A stretch of DNA of 64,000 nucleotides from Ignavibacteriota bacterium (GTDB lineage: Bacteria; Bacteroidota; Ignavibacteria; Palsa-1295), in the NCBI GenBank assembly GCA_963736195.1, contig CAVTNP010000001.1:1638016-1702015 (forward strand), in the 5' to 3' direction. Below, piece after piece: positions 1-10,958 of the stretch; within the stretch, counting starts at the first letter, position 1, and the number at the start of each line of letters is the position of its first letter. The notes under the pieces were generated by a model. That model was not told the origin of the DNA and did not search any database. It was given only the letters and a program-made list of their open reading frames with translations. The translations under genes and the position numbers were made by a program.

Positions 1-1
1 G

Positions 2-868
2 CTCACGATAGTGGCAGGCTGTTCTTCCAACTCCACTCAATCACCTTCCACCGGCGCCAACACCGGCTTACCCCCTGGAACTTATCGCTATTCGCTGAGC
101 GCTTCGAACCTTGTGCCGCTGACCATGTCCGGGGACCAATATGTGCTATGGATACAGATGATTGGGGATACATCTTGGGCTGCTATTCCGCTTGACTCTA
201 TGCGTTCGGGACATGATTCGGGAACGATCAAGTTACCTCACGCACCCGATTCCATATCGAATGCGTTCGTCTCGATCGAGCCATTAGTGGTTCCCTCAAG
301 ACCATCGAGCATATTGATGGCTGGCAGTTATTATCCCCAGAAAGATTCCGCATTCTTAAGCAGTACCAACAGCAGTGGGGTCGGAGATTTTGCGTCTGCG
401 ACGGCGACTGCAACCTTTACTACAAGATCCACTGATACAGACCTTGCCAAGAACGAGTTTTATTTAGTGAGATTCGTTAATGGAGTTCCGTATGCAAGCT
501 CGGCAAACCTGCCACATGCACCGGCAGGCTGGAGTTACGGATTGTGGGTTCTGGATTCAAGCTTTTATCCCATTCATCAATTCTTTTATGGGGCATTCAC
601 CGATCCGGACAGTGCTGATACCCATCCAACAAATACAGATTATGCTCTCCCAGGTGGGTTCAATCTCGCGCCATTGAACGACCCGGGTGCCGAGCTCGAA
701 GTTACGCTAGAACCTTCTTTCACCGTCGCAAACAATAAGCCCACCGGCCCATCCCCCTATAGAATTCTTTCTGGACATCTTTCCACATATATTTGGCTCG
801 GTGATACTCTTGCTCTGCAGAATGTTTGGCCAGCGAGTGCCCCACAAGCGATACTAAGCGTAAAATAA
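2..868 (+). CDS. secreted lipoprotein of unknown function, 5' end cut by window edge
   Basis: The frame is open from nt 2. Nt 2-22 translate to LTIVAGC, a lipobox, so the signal peptide starts upstream of the window. Segments QYVLWIQ and SYGLWVLD weakly recall RskA-type anti-sigma C-terminal domains. Stop at 866-868. Confidence 0.6.
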   Translation, partial: LTIVAGCSSNSTQSPSTGANTGLPPGTYRYSLSASNLVPLTMSGDQYVLWIQMIGDTSWAAIPLDSMRSGHDSGTIKLPHAPDSISNAFVSIEPLVVPSRPSSILMAGSYYPQKDSAFLSSTNSSGVGDFASATATATFTTRSTDTDLAKNEFYLVRFVNGVPYASSANLPHAPAGWSYGLWVLDSSFYPIHQFFYGAFTDPDSADTHPTNTDYALPGGFNLAPLNDPGAELEVTLEPSFTVANNKPTGPSPYRILSGHLSTYIWLGDTLALQNVWPASAPQAILSVK

Positions 869-884
869 AATGTACTGCACTTAC

Positions 885-3815
885 TTACCACTGGACAGGG
901 ATGCGAATCACATCCTGGGCGGTCTTTTTAAGATCGATGCTTCCAAATAACCGATAGCCTATTGGCGCGGTTGGTGCCGGGTGGTCTGCCAGAAACGTCA
1001 TATTCTGAGATTGATACGGCGAAATAGATAGTTCCGTTGGAGTTGGGGCGAGGTAGTCGTCATGTTGCAAGAACCGCTGTTCTACAATATGCAGATGCCA
1101 GGGATGTGGATGGTTTGGCAGCGCCAGACCTCCACGAATATTCAAAATATACATTCCAGATCCGCTCGAACCCTCGGAGGAATCTCCGCTATCTTGCGAA
1201 TTAAAAAGAATGGGTACAGATTTTTTGCTATAATCAAACGCAGAATTGAACACGGCTGTCGAGTCAGGATGAAGTACCTGGCACGCGATGTCTGTGAAAA
1301 GATCGTAGTCCTCAGCCGGTATAGTAATATCGAAAACAACTCCGCGCTCACCCGGCCGGGGCGTGAATCGCAGCGTGAACATGTCGCTCTCAGAGATGAG
1401 TGTGTCGATTGTGCGTTCATACCCAACTACATTTGCCGTAGGTTCGGAATGATAGGTCTGCATAGATGGATTTGCAACCGAGGCGCTCAAGATGGGATGG
1501 CCTTGGTTATCGAATCCCGAAGAAAGGTCATCGAGGTCCAAGACCTGCGCATCTACCGTGAGATCGACTGTAAGATCATGCTCATCTTCACTTGTCATGG
1601 TACGCGAAAGATCTACCTCCCAGATACCTGGCGTCAATTGGGTTCCCGAGAAGTAAGCGCTGGAGGCCCGAGGGGCACTTGTTTTTCGAAAGCCCAAATG
1701 GGAGATCTCCTGACCGGCGTTATCGAATAGCGTTGCCGTGCAATCTCCTGTGGATTCGCGGGTGACAAGGGAAACTTTCAGTTGTTTTGCACCCGCAGGA
1801 ATTGCAAAGAATTCCCGCTGAAGCGCTCCCGGGGCAAGTTTCATATCCGTGAGAGCGATGTGGTAATCGCTATGATCGGCAAAGGTATGTGGAACGATAA
1901 TGGAATTGACCAACTCAAATCTGGCATCGCTCCGGGTATGCGCCGTGCCTTTTTCGTAGCCCCAGATCCTCCCTGAGTACAGCCCAGGTTTTTGTAAGAG
2001 CTTGGAGTTATATCGAACATCTACGTTCATCGGGCCGCCGCCGCGACGGTAAATGCTCGATTGTAGTGGCGTCATCCATGGTTGGTCGGAAACAAGATCG
2101 AATGCTTCCATCCCAATGGCGCGCTGCCGTGGGGTCAGTCCTGGCGGATCTTCCGGCTCTACGGTAAAGGATTCACGGTCTCCATCGACCGGGTAATTCC
2201 CTGCACGAAAATACGCAGCGGTTCCTGTCTTTATCTGAGAGGGAATACTTGCCTCGATCGCGACTGGGCGCGGCACATACCCGATACGATGCCAGTGTGA
2301 AAGAAGCTCGAAAGCAGCGGGCACATCGATCATGCCATAGCCTTCATCTAATGGCGTCGCACCTTCAACGTGTTCGGCGGCCAGTTCGATCGCGCGCTTG
2401 ATTGTGTAGGCATTTGCTCTCCAATCGGGGAATGCCTGAGTCATCGCAGAAAGCAAGAGCGCGCAACAACCCGTGGTATAGGGTGAAGACATGCTGGTTC
2501 CGTTGTAACGGTCACCGGTTACATAATCTGGCACGGTACTTACTGCGGTTCCCGGTGAAAGGATATCGGGTTTTGCAAGCTCTCCTCCACGAGACGAAAA
2601 ATCGAAAATAACCGGATGGGTAAGATAGAGATCGTAAAGATCCCGTGCAGCATCCGCCGGCAGTGCCGCACCGCTTGCGATCACGCGGTTGGCGGAACCG
2701 GGAAGTCCAATGCTCGAAAGCCCCGGACCTTCATTGCCACCCGAGACGCACACCGTGAGGTTTGGGGTTGCTGCAAGCAGGCTATCGAGCCACTTATCCA
2801 TCGCAGCCTGGCCCTCCAACTCATTGCCAATTCCAAAGCTCATGTTTACCACGACTGGCTTTGGCTGCGATTTCGCCATTTCTGCCGCCATTTCGAACGC
2901 ATGTTGCATCGAGCCGCTCACCGTCACGCCTCCGGCATTGTTATCAGCAAATTTTACCGCAATTACCTGCGCGCCGGGGGCTACGCCATTAAATCCTTTT
3001 TGATTATCAATATCGTGACCGGAGGCAATGCCAGCCACATGCGTTCCGTGGCTGCCATCATCGAAATACACAGAGATCATCTTCTGTGCGGGATAAATAT
3101 TCACTGCTCCGGTAAGCATCCTGCCGCTTGAAACCGAGTTATCTGTTGAGTGAAACGAGAAGGTATCGAAATGTTCGTGATAGTTTGTGACTTTATGTTC
3201 GTTCGATAGATCACCATCTCCGTCGGAATCGATGTATGCAGCGTAATGATCTGCGGAATCTTTAAAGACGAGTATGCCGAAGACATCGGTATCGCTGGAA
3301 TTAAAATTCAGATCTGCGAGACCGTTTTGAAAACGTAACTCATTCAAAGCGCCGTAATAATACTGTCCGTCGATGGGGTTTACGTTGATAGCGTTCATCC
3401 CACGCAAAACTGTTTTGCCGCCAACGCGAAGCTCATCGCCAGCACGTTCTGCGAGACTGTAGGTCACATCTCCGGTGCCAGATAGATCATGGACATCGAT
3501 GATCTTCGGCTTGCCTTCCGAAGTAGTTTGCAGTCCGGCGATGCCGGGATCGACGCCCGTATCAAAAATAAAAATGATGACGCCGCGACCATCATACGTT
3601 GGGTGATCCCGAATGAATTGATCGGCGTGTGTGGCGCCGAGTGGCAAAAAGCTCCAGTCGCTTTTGCCCTTCGCGTTATCGGGTGGCATGATCGGCAGAT
3701 TAACACTTGGCGCAGCAGTGCTTGGCCCGGTGAACGTCTTTTGCCGCTGTGCAAACGCGGCAGTGGAAAGGATAGAAAATACGAAATAAGAAAGGAAAAT
3801 TGTACGACGGTTCAT
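885..3815 (-). CDS. secreted subtilisin-family (S8) serine peptidase, 976 aa
   Basis: The Asp/His/Ser triad motifs occur in subtilase order: FIFDTGVDPG, HGTHVAGIASG, GTSMSSPYTTG. N-terminal signal peptide MNRRTIFLSYFVFSILSTAAFAQ. Confidence 0.9.
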   Translation of the reverse strand: MNRRTIFLSYFVFSILSTAAFAQRQKTFTGPSTAAPSVNLPIMPPDNAKGKSDWSFLPLGATHADQFIRDHPTYDGRGVIIFIFDTGVDPGIAGLQTTSEGKPKIIDVHDLSGTGDVTYSLAERAGDELRVGGKTVLRGMNAINVNPIDGQYYYGALNELRFQNGLADLNFNSSDTDVFGILVFKDSADHYAAYIDSDGDGDLSNEHKVTNYHEHFDTFSFHSTDNSVSSGRMLTGAVNIYPAQKMISVYFDDGSHGTHVAGIASGHDIDNQKGFNGVAPGAQVIAVKFADNNAGGVTVSGSMQHAFEMAAEMAKSQPKPVVVNMSFGIGNELEGQAAMDKWLDSLLAATPNLTVCVSGGNEGPGLSSIGLPGSANRVIASGAALPADAARDLYDLYLTHPVIFDFSSRGGELAKPDILSPGTAVSTVPDYVTGDRYNGTSMSSPYTTGCCALLLSAMTQAFPDWRANAYTIKRAIELAAEHVEGATPLDEGYGMIDVPAAFELLSHWHRIGYVPRPVAIEASIPSQIKTGTAAYFRAGNYPVDGDRESFTVEPEDPPGLTPRQRAIGMEAFDLVSDQPWMTPLQSSIYRRGGGPMNVDVRYNSKLLQKPGLYSGRIWGYEKGTAHTRSDARFELVNSIIVPHTFADHSDYHIALTDMKLAPGALQREFFAIPAGAKQLKVSLVTRESTGDCTATLFDNAGQEISHLGFRKTSAPRASSAYFSGTQLTPGIWEVDLSRTMTSEDEHDLTVDLTVDAQVLDLDDLSSGFDNQGHPILSASVANPSMQTYHSEPTANVVGYERTIDTLISESDMFTLRFTPRPGERGVVFDITIPAEDYDLFTDIACQVLHPDSTAVFNSAFDYSKKSVPILFNSQDSGDSSEGSSGSGMYILNIRGGLALPNHPHPWHLHIVEQRFLQHDDYLAPTPTELSISPYQSQNMTFLADHPAPTAPIGYRLFGSIDLKKTAQDVIRIPVQW

Positions 3816-3959
3816 CGGATAACAAGTTGAGATGCTATAAACCCAGCAAACGGCAAGATTAAGTCCTTAGAGAAATAGGAAACTCGTATTGCAAGCCAAA
3901 CTGTTACCGCACCCACAATAAATCATCTTCCATCTCTCATCTTTCATCTTTTCCCACTT

Positions 3960-4032
3960 GGTCAGGTAGCTCAGTCGGTAGAGCAAAGGACTGAAAATCC
4001 TTGTGTCGGCGGTTCGATTCCGCCCCTGACCA
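3960..4032 (+). tRNA. tRNA-Phe (anticodon GAA)
   Basis: 73-nt cloverleaf. Acceptor stem GGTCAGG/CCTGACC, anticodon loop CTGAAAA, T-arm GGCGG-TTCGATT-CCGCC, discriminator A. CCA is not encoded. Confidence 0.93.
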
Positions 4033-4070
4033 CTTTTCTATTGAGAATTACAGATTAAGAATTAAGAATC

Positions 4071-4103
4071 AGCCTCTTGCCATTGGCGAGAGGCTTTATT
4101 CTA
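4071..4103 (+). terminator. intrinsic terminator after tRNA-Phe
   Basis: Hairpin AGCCTCT-(11 nt loop)-AGAGGCT followed by TTTATTCT. Confidence 0.6.
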
Positions 4104-4119
4104 TTTGCAATTTTGATCT

Positions 4120-5838
4120 ATGCTCCACGCTTCCTCGGTTTCTCGGTCCTCACTGATTGTATTGTGCTTAACAGTCTTTTCCTTCATTTCTGGATGTGGA
4201 AAACGGGATGTGCAGGTCATGCGCCCAGGCCTTGGCGGAAAAAAGCTGGGAGGCAGATATACCCTGAATGAAATTCGTGGTAATCCATCCAGCCTTGATC
4301 CGGTGAGAATGAATAGTAAGGTCGAGGACAATATCGGCACAAATATTTTCGATAAGCTCGTCGAAAATAACTCAAAGCTTGAACTGGTGCCTGAACTTGC
4401 CCGATCCTGGGACATCTCTTCCGATGGTATGACATACACATTCCATCTTCGCACCGATGTGTTTTTTCATGATGATTCCTGCTTTGCCTCGGGCAAAGGA
4501 AGGAAGATGGCCGCAAGCGATGTAAAATATTCATTCGAGCGAGTCTGCGATCCCAAAACTCTCACCTCCGGATATTGGATATTCCAGGACATCGTGCAAG
4601 GTGCCAACGATCATTTTGAAGGAAAAGCTGATAATGTTTCAGGGTTCCTGATTCCTAACGATTCAACCTTTGTTGTTCAGCTTACCAAACCATTTGCACC
4701 ATTTCTCGAACATCTGACCACGAGCTTTGGGTATATCGTCCCTCATGAAGCGATCGAGCATTATGGCAAAGATTTTTTCCAGCACCCTGTTGGTACTGGC
4801 GCATTCCGGTTTGCCCATTGGCTGCCAGATCAGGAAATACTACTCACTCACAATCCCAATTATTGGGAGTACGACTCAGCGGGAAATCGGTTGCCTTTGC
4901 TCGATGAAGTGAAGTTTACCCTCATCAAAGATGATAAAACGCTGTTGCAGTCATTTCTCCAATCGAATGAGGACGAGGATTTTACTCTCCCGACAGAAAG
5001 TTTCCAGGATGTTGTAACGGCTGACAAGCAGCTTACAACGCAATACGCAAAATACACATTGCAGCACATTTCTGCAATGAACAGCTATTTTATGGAGTTC
5101 CTTTGCACGAAGCCGCCATTCGATAATATGGCACTCCGCCGTGCGATGTCCTTTGCGGTCGATCGTGAAAGCATTGTGAAATATGTACTAAAGAATGCTC
5201 CGCACGGTGTAGCCGAACATGGAATCATTCCACCTGCTTTTGCGCAATATCCAATTGACGAAGTGCATGGAATCGGTTACAATCCTGATAGCGCAAAGCA
5301 TTGGTTGGAGGTTGCTGGATTTCCGGCAGGGAGGGGTGCGCCGCCGATCACGCTTTCCGTTTATAACGAGCCGCGCCCGATGCAGATCGCCGAAGCTGTG
5401 CAGCGTATGTGGCAAAATATCGGTTTGAATGTTAACTTACAGGTAATGCAATCTGCACAATTGCTCGATGGCTCCGAAGATGGCAGCCTGTCGCTTTGGC
5501 TCACGCGCTGGTATGCAGATTATCCGGAACCTGAGAATTTCCTTAACTTACTCAACGGCCGCCTCGTGCCCAAGGATCAGAAACAAAAAAGCTATCCCAA
5601 TAGCGCGCGATGGAACAATGAGCAATTTAACGACCGCTTCTATCAAGCCATCGCCACAACCGACGAAACAAAGCGAATGGAGCTTTACGCACAAGCCGAA
5701 AACGTAGCTGCATACGAAGCACCTTCCATACCACTGTTTTATGAAGAGCATTATCGTTTGCTTCAACCCTATGTTCGCGATAATCCGCTCGATCCAATGA
5801 ACCGGATCGACTTGAAATATGTGTGGTTGGATAAATAA
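4120..5838 (+). CDS. ABC transporter substrate-binding lipoprotein, family 5 (peptide/nickel, OppA/DppA-like)
   Basis: Lipobox FISGCG. Length and overall sequence pattern are typical of SBP_bac_5 proteins (e.g. NPNYWEYD, ARWNNEQFD). No permease or ATPase gene is adjacent. Confidence 0.8.
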   Translation: MLHASSVSRSSLIVLCLTVFSFISGCGKRDVQVMRPGLGGKKLGGRYTLNEIRGNPSSLDPVRMNSKVEDNIGTNIFDKLVENNSKLELVPELARSWDISSDGMTYTFHLRTDVFFHDDSCFASGKGRKMAASDVKYSFERVCDPKTLTSGYWIFQDIVQGANDHFEGKADNVSGFLIPNDSTFVVQLTKPFAPFLEHLTTSFGYIVPHEAIEHYGKDFFQHPVGTGAFRFAHWLPDQEILLTHNPNYWEYDSAGNRLPLLDEVKFTLIKDDKTLLQSFLQSNEDEDFTLPTESFQDVVTADKQLTTQYAKYTLQHISAMNSYFMEFLCTKPPFDNMALRRAMSFAVDRESIVKYVLKNAPHGVAEHGIIPPAFAQYPIDEVHGIGYNPDSAKHWLEVAGFPAGRGAPPITLSVYNEPRPMQIAEAVQRMWQNIGLNVNLQVMQSAQLLDGSEDGSLSLWLTRWYADYPEPENFLNLLNGRLVPKDQKQKSYPNSARWNNEQFNDRFYQAIATTDETKRMELYAQAENVAAYEAPSIPLFYEEHYRLLQPYVRDNPLDPMNRIDLKYVWLDK

Positions 5839-5850
5839 TCACAAGCGATC

Positions 5851-7230
5851 GTGGCCCATTCTATTCTCATTCAAAAATTTGGAGGTACATCCGTTCAAGA
5901 TGCGGAATCGATGGCTCGCGTCATCGAGATCGTTCGCGAACAAGGAATCACTCGGCGTTTTCGGCCGCTGGTTGTGCTATCCGCGTGTGCTGGTGTAACA
6001 AATTCCCTGATTCACATCAGTGAACTGTCTCTGAAAGAGACCACGACCGAAGCTTTGTCTGTGATTGATCAACTGGAAGTCCGCCATGCACGCATCGCTC
6101 GTGAATTGATAGAAGAAGAGTCCAGTGTAGTCAAGGTGCACCAAGTACTCCACGCACTTTGGGAAGAACTTCGCGTTCTTGTACGCGGTGTGAACCTTTT
6201 GCGAGAACTTACTCCGAAGAGCCGCGATCAATTCCAGTCCCTTGGCGAGCGCGCGTCTTCCGTGATCTTTCATGCGGGGTTGCAGGAACGTTTAGCCACA
6301 AACGGAGTACTAACCCACTTGTTCGATGCTCGTGAATTCATGGCGACCTCGAACGAATTCACAGCCGCTCGGCCCTTGATGGGGGAGATCACCCGTCGGA
6401 TGAAAATGATACACTCCATGCTGGTAAAAGGAGCGATTGGTGTAACGCAAGGCTTTATTGGCCGCACACTCGCAGGTGAAACGACGACTATTGGTCGAGG
6501 CGGCTCCGATTTTTCTGCAGCGATCATGGGGGTAGCGATGGATGCTCGCGAGATCCAGATTTGGACCGATGTTGCCGGAATCATGACCTGCGATCCGCGC
6601 ATTGCTCCGGAAGCATGGACGATCGACAAGATCTCATTCCACGAGGCTAGCGAGCTGGCGTTCTTCGGTGCAAAAGTCTTGCATCCTGAGACGATTTGGC
6701 CGGCAGTTGAGAAATCAATCCCTGTCCGTGTGCTATCATCGAAGGAGCCTGAAAAAGCTGGGACGGTTATCGTAGCGCACACCGAAAAAGCACAGGCCAT
6801 GACTGGCATTGCCGTCAAGAAGTCGGTTACGCTGGTTCGCATCTCGGCGAATGGTTCACAGCCAAATCCTGCGGTACAGCAAACTGTATGGGAAGCACTT
6901 GGTGCATCTGGGGTCATCCCACTGACGGTCTCGCTATCGGTTGATGCCGCATCCTATGCTTTCGGAGATTCAACTACAGTTCCGGCGCTGCGTTCAGCTT
7001 GTGAGGGACTTGCAACAATCGAAGTGCATGCTGATCGTTCGCTAATCACGTTGGTTGGGTCAGGGCTGTATTCACAGTCTGGAATCGCTGCACGCATGTT
7101 TCGCGTGCTGGGCCGCACGAACTGCGAAATGATCTCCTACGGTGGATCCGAAAGTGCGATCAGCATTGTGGTACAGGATGATGTGGCAAATCGGGTTCTG
7201 AAAAAACTGCACCGGGAATTTTTCGAGTAG
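5851..7230 (+). CDS. lysC: aspartate kinase
   Basis: N-terminal KFGGTSV motif, amino-acid kinase core (GRGGSDFSAA, WTDVAGIMTCDPR) and C-terminal ACT-like region. GTG start. Confidence 0.9.
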   Translation: MAHSILIQKFGGTSVQDAESMARVIEIVREQGITRRFRPLVVLSACAGVTNSLIHISELSLKETTTEALSVIDQLEVRHARIARELIEEESSVVKVHQVLHALWEELRVLVRGVNLLRELTPKSRDQFQSLGERASSVIFHAGLQERLATNGVLTHLFDAREFMATSNEFTAARPLMGEITRRMKMIHSMLVKGAIGVTQGFIGRTLAGETTTIGRGGSDFSAAIMGVAMDAREIQIWTDVAGIMTCDPRIAPEAWTIDKISFHEASELAFFGAKVLHPETIWPAVEKSIPVRVLSSKEPEKAGTVIVAHTEKAQAMTGIAVKKSVTLVRISANGSQPNPAVQQTVWEALGASGVIPLTVSLSVDAASYAFGDSTTVPALRSACEGLATIEVHADRSLITLVGSGLYSQSGIAARMFRVLGRTNCEMISYGGSESAISIVVQDDVANRVLKKLHREFFE

Positions 7231-7246
7231 GGGAAGAACAGACGTC

Positions 7247-8119
7247 TCAGATCCCAAAGATCTGAAGATAGACGTAGGTCAACGGCGCAACAAAGAGTAT
7301 AGAATCTATTCTATCGAGCACCCCGCCATGCCCTGGAATGAGGTTCGATGAATCTTTCACGCCAACATCGCGCTTCAGCATCGATTCGGCGAAATCTCCC
7401 ACTTGCCCAAATCCTCCTGCGATCACGCCCATTGCAATTGCAGTTGTAATCGAAACCTCCTGCAAACCTCCGATATACATTCTACCGATCACCCAAGCGG
7501 CGATCGCAGCAATTAGTCCCGCGATGCCACCTTCCCATGATTTATTTGGACTAATCTTTACAGCAATTTTATGTTTGCCGATCGCGCTTCCTACAAAATA
7601 TGCAGCACTGTCGCAGATCCAAATCGAAGCAAGCATTGCGATCACAAAGTAACCGGCTTGAGACGAAACCATCGAGGGATCCGAGCTCAAGGTGTTTTCC
7701 GCAGCGTGAACATAAAAATATTCGTGAACGCCATAGAGTCCTCCAAGTCCTACACCTACATAAAGCGCACCGGCGAGCGTAACCGATATCTGCACGGATG
7801 GATTGGGGTAACCTTTTACGAGTTCAGCGATGAAGATCGCAAGCACTCCGAGGATCAATACCAGCGGCAGTAGTTCTATCGATGGATTGATCGGAAGCCT
7901 AAAATGTGCAAAGGTTAGTATTATGCTTGCGCTCAGAACCATCCCCAGCAAGCTTTGGGGGACGAAACCTTTTGCCTTCATTAATCCATAAAATTCATGG
8001 ACCGCAAGTAATCCAACAATAATTGCCAGTCCGAGTAAACTGTACGGCTTGAACGCGATATAAATTATGATCGGGATCGCAACGATGGCCACCAAAACCC
8101 GCTTGGCGAGATTACTCAT
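7247..8119 (-). CDS. cdsA: phosphatidate cytidylyltransferase
   Basis: CdsA signature SMLKRDVGVKDSSNLIPGHGGVLDRIDS in a multi-TM protein. Start moved to the internal ATG at 8119 (MSNLAKR...), which overlaps the upstream gene's stop by 8 nt. Confidence 0.88.
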   Translation of the reverse strand: MSNLAKRVLVAIVAIPIIIYIAFKPYSLLGLAIIVGLLAVHEFYGLMKAKGFVPQSLLGMVLSASIILTFAHFRLPINPSIELLPLVLILGVLAIFIAELVKGYPNPSVQISVTLAGALYVGVGLGGLYGVHEYFYVHAAENTLSSDPSMVSSQAGYFVIAMLASIWICDSAAYFVGSAIGKHKIAVKISPNKSWEGGIAGLIAAIAAWVIGRMYIGGLQEVSITTAIAMGVIAGGFGQVGDFAESMLKRDVGVKDSSNLIPGHGGVLDRIDSILFVAPLTYVYLQIFGI

Positions 8120-9200
8120 GATCGTATTGGGAATGTTCGTCCAGACTCTCCACTCCGGACCCAGCATGTTGAATCGCCATACGTGCATCAAACTCGCGTT
8201 CAGCATTGCCACGCGATTGCATGTGGGCGGTCGTGCGGTTAAATAAAAACAGGAAGGCGGCCAGGGCCACCAGCACAGGTACGAGCAGTGTCAGCGCTTC
8301 GGTTCCTGACAGCTCATCCGTGTTGACCATGTTGGCATTCACATTGGCGGAAAGCTGCTCCGGGTTCAGATAAAGCGCAACGACGATAAAGCCATTATTT
8401 ACCGCATGAGCCAGTGCACCGGTAAAGAGATTGTTCGTACGATAGCTAAGCCAACCGAGCGTTAGCCCGAGCCCAAGCAAACCTGGGAATTTAAATACGC
8501 TGAGGTGGATCATTGCGAAAACGATCGATGCAATCGCGAGCGCAAGATAGGGACGCGAATGCCGCGTACCACTGCGCTCGATATTCGTCTGTGCAAACCC
8601 TCGGAACAGCGTCTCTTCGGCGATCGCCGGAACAAGCGCCACAAAGATAAAAATGAGCAGGAAATCCAGAGGTCCATGAGCGGTAACCAAGCCTTGTAGT
8701 GATTGGTCGCTCGCGGTTTCATAGTGATCGAGCGCCGAATACACACTCGGAAAGAATTTCCAAACGCGCTCGAAGAGCACCGAAGCTGCACTTCCGCCGA
8801 TCTGTGCCAGCAGCATGATCGGAACAGCCAGCAAATAGGCGCCGACCGGAGTTTCGTGGAATCCTTCCAGACGGAAGATCGCAAAAAGGTTCTGTCTCGC
8901 GGTTACCGAGATCAGGACTGTTCCGCAGAGCAGCACAAGAACCTCGGCCAGCCCATTAATGCAGAGCGCAACAATGGGGTGTTCCTCAATATGAGTACCA
9001 ACCGCAGCGAACATCACACCGCTTCCCAGACCCTGAAAAAGAACAAAGAGTCCGATTACGATCGAGAGCACAGAAGGTACGGTGAAATACCCATGCCTCA
9101 GCCAGCCATTTCTCGCGCCGAAATATAGGATCGCTCCCAGAAAGCCGAACAGGATTATCGCGACGCTAACAAAAAGTTCGAGAGAAGAAAAAGAGGGCAT
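8112..9200 (-). CDS. CPBP-family (CAAX/Abi) intramembrane metalloprotease
   Basis: Polytopic membrane protein with the CPBP motifs EETLFRG, FAMIHL and HAVNN. Confidence 0.85.
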   Translation of the reverse strand: MPSFSSLELFVSVAIILFGFLGAILYFGARNGWLRHGYFTVPSVLSIVIGLFVLFQGLGSGVMFAAVGTHIEEHPIVALCINGLAEVLVLLCGTVLISVTARQNLFAIFRLEGFHETPVGAYLLAVPIMLLAQIGGSAASVLFERVWKFFPSVYSALDHYETASDQSLQGLVTAHGPLDFLLIFIFVALVPAIAEETLFRGFAQTNIERSGTRHSRPYLALAIASIVFAMIHLSVFKFPGLLGLGLTLGWLSYRTNNLFTGALAHAVNNGFIVVALYLNPEQLSANVNANMVNTDELSGTEALTLLVPVLVALAAFLFLFNRTTAHMQSRGNAEREFDARMAIQHAGSGVESLDEHSQYDHE

Positions 9201-9219
9201 TTAGTATGAATAACGCCGC

Positions 9220-10239
9220 TTATTTCTTTGCAATTACAATTTCTTTCTTCTTCACTGCGGATTGGTAGATCGCTTCGACCACGGTCATTCTCTTCGCGGC
9301 TTCATGTCCTGATGATACCAGCGGTACGATCCCTTTTACTGAGTTGATGAAATATCGCAGCTCATTTTCATAGGACTTTTTATACAGACTAACCGGAGTT
9401 TGTGGTTTTGCAGGAGTTAGGTTGATCAAGTTGCCATGCACCCGTTTCATCACCTTAAGGGGGTTAATGAACGCGCTGCCATCATTGCCATACACGTTGC
9501 AGTAGTAAAAATCGCTCTCACGCTGAAAGGTCCAGCTCACTTCTGTCGTGAAGGTAATATCCCCGGCAAGCCGGATGAAAATTGCTGCAGAGTCCTCAAC
9601 GGTTTTCGTATGAAGATGATAGGTACTTGCGCTCACTGTAAGCACATCCGGATAATCGAGAAGCCAGAGTCCGAGATCGAGCATTGCAATGCCCAGATCG
9701 AGGATCACGCCGCCGCCTGACTTCTCCTTTTGCTGGTGCCACGGCGAGGTGCTTGATTCCTGCTTCAGCCAGCCAGACTTAATGTAAAATACTTTTCCAA
9801 GTTCCTTCTTATCGATGAAGGTTTTCAGCATCATTGTATCTGGACGAAAGCGATTGTTCATTCCAACCATTAGCTTTCGGCCATGCTGCTCGGCAGCAGC
9901 GACCATGTCCCGTGCTTCTTTCGCGGTTCGGGCGATCGGTTTTTCGACAAGCACATCCAATCCATATTCCATGGCTTGGATCGCCAGCGGGCGGTGCGTG
10001 TCCGTCGGAGTGCAGAGATCGACGGCGTGAAGATCCTGTGCAACGGGTGAACTCAGAAGCGCATCCAGCGAGGGGAACACGTTCGGAATATGCGAACGTG
10101 TAGCGATGGCGTTCGCTTTTCGCTTATCCGGATCGACGACCGCAACGATCTCAACATCCGGCAGATGTTCCAGTACTGGCAAATGAACGATCTGCGCGAC
10201 GTTTCCGCACCCTACAAGAGCAAGTTTTACCTTTTCCAT
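9220..10239 (-). CDS. Gfo/Idh/MocA-family NAD(P)-dependent oxidoreductase
   Basis: N-terminal Rossmann motif KLALVGCGNVAQIVHLPVL and family-typical EKP motif (VLVEKPIA). Start set to ATG 10239 (MEKVKLALVGCG); the 76-codon upstream extension has no family-like sequence. Confidence 0.85.
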   Translation of the reverse strand: MEKVKLALVGCGNVAQIVHLPVLEHLPDVEIVAVVDPDKRKANAIATRSHIPNVFPSLDALLSSPVAQDLHAVDLCTPTDTHRPLAIQAMEYGLDVLVEKPIARTAKEARDMVAAAEQHGRKLMVGMNNRFRPDTMMLKTFIDKKELGKVFYIKSGWLKQESSTSPWHQQKEKSGGGVILDLGIAMLDLGLWLLDYPDVLTVSASTYHLHTKTVEDSAAIFIRLAGDITFTTEVSWTFQRESDFYYCNVYGNDGSAFINPLKVMKRVHGNLINLTPAKPQTPVSLYKKSYENELRYFINSVKGIVPLVSSGHEAAKRMTVVEAIYQSAVKKKEIVIAKK

Positions 10240-10958
10240 TCTACAAAAATACTCAATTACAAGAGATAGTCCGAGAGATAGCGAAATTTGGTTTATAAAG
10301 CATACCTCAGTTCGGGCAAACGTAAGGATGGAGTTCGCAGGTTCGAAATGTGCGAATTTTGCTGACGTGTTCACCAGGAAATAGGTGCCGATTTTCTTTC
10401 TTGTGAGTTCCCGATACACCCTCGAATATGAGCCAATTTCGCCATTCCTTGCAAAAGTTATCCACATTCCGCTTTCCTAAAGAACTCGTTCATATAGAAC
10501 ACTACCCAATTGCTCGATTTTCAATGAACAATGCACACTCCCCATTTCTCCGGCGCGGCGGATTAATCCTTTCCCCCAGAAATAGGTGCTCATACTTCCA
10601 CTTCCAAACTACGCAATTAATAGGAGAAAGTCAAGTAGATTTAAAAGATTCTTGAAGATAAAAAATATAGTTTGCCTTAAGAAAGAAAAATTATTATGGA
10701 ATTAGCCTCACCACTGAATTTTAATTGTATATTGTTTTATGTATTTGACGGCCCGCCGCTATGAATGACCAATCCTCCTTCACTCGGATTGACCACCAGC
10801 ACGTTGTTTTATCATTGCGCATTGCCCGTTTTCGCTCATTGCGCCGTTTGTTAATCGCTCATCCGATGTTATAACCACAGATGGGCAAAAATAACTAAGA
10901 GGAATATATGTCACAAAGAAATAGCCCCGAGCCCGGGAATCATCCTTAATGGTATGAA

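Noticed and set aside
1062-1730. Long antisense ORFs inside confident genes (1062..1730, 6270..6917, 21442..21999, 48758..49462, 58188..58769, 2616..3131 and others in the track)
   Set aside because: They lie fully inside genes with strong family motifs on the opposite strand, have odd composition (Arg/Cys/Ser-rich), and show no recognisable domains. These are shadow ORFs.
10240-10467. 76-codon N-terminal extension of the Gfo/Idh/MocA ORF
   Set aside because: The Rossmann GxGxxG motif follows directly after the internal ATG 10239, and the extension has no family-like sequence.
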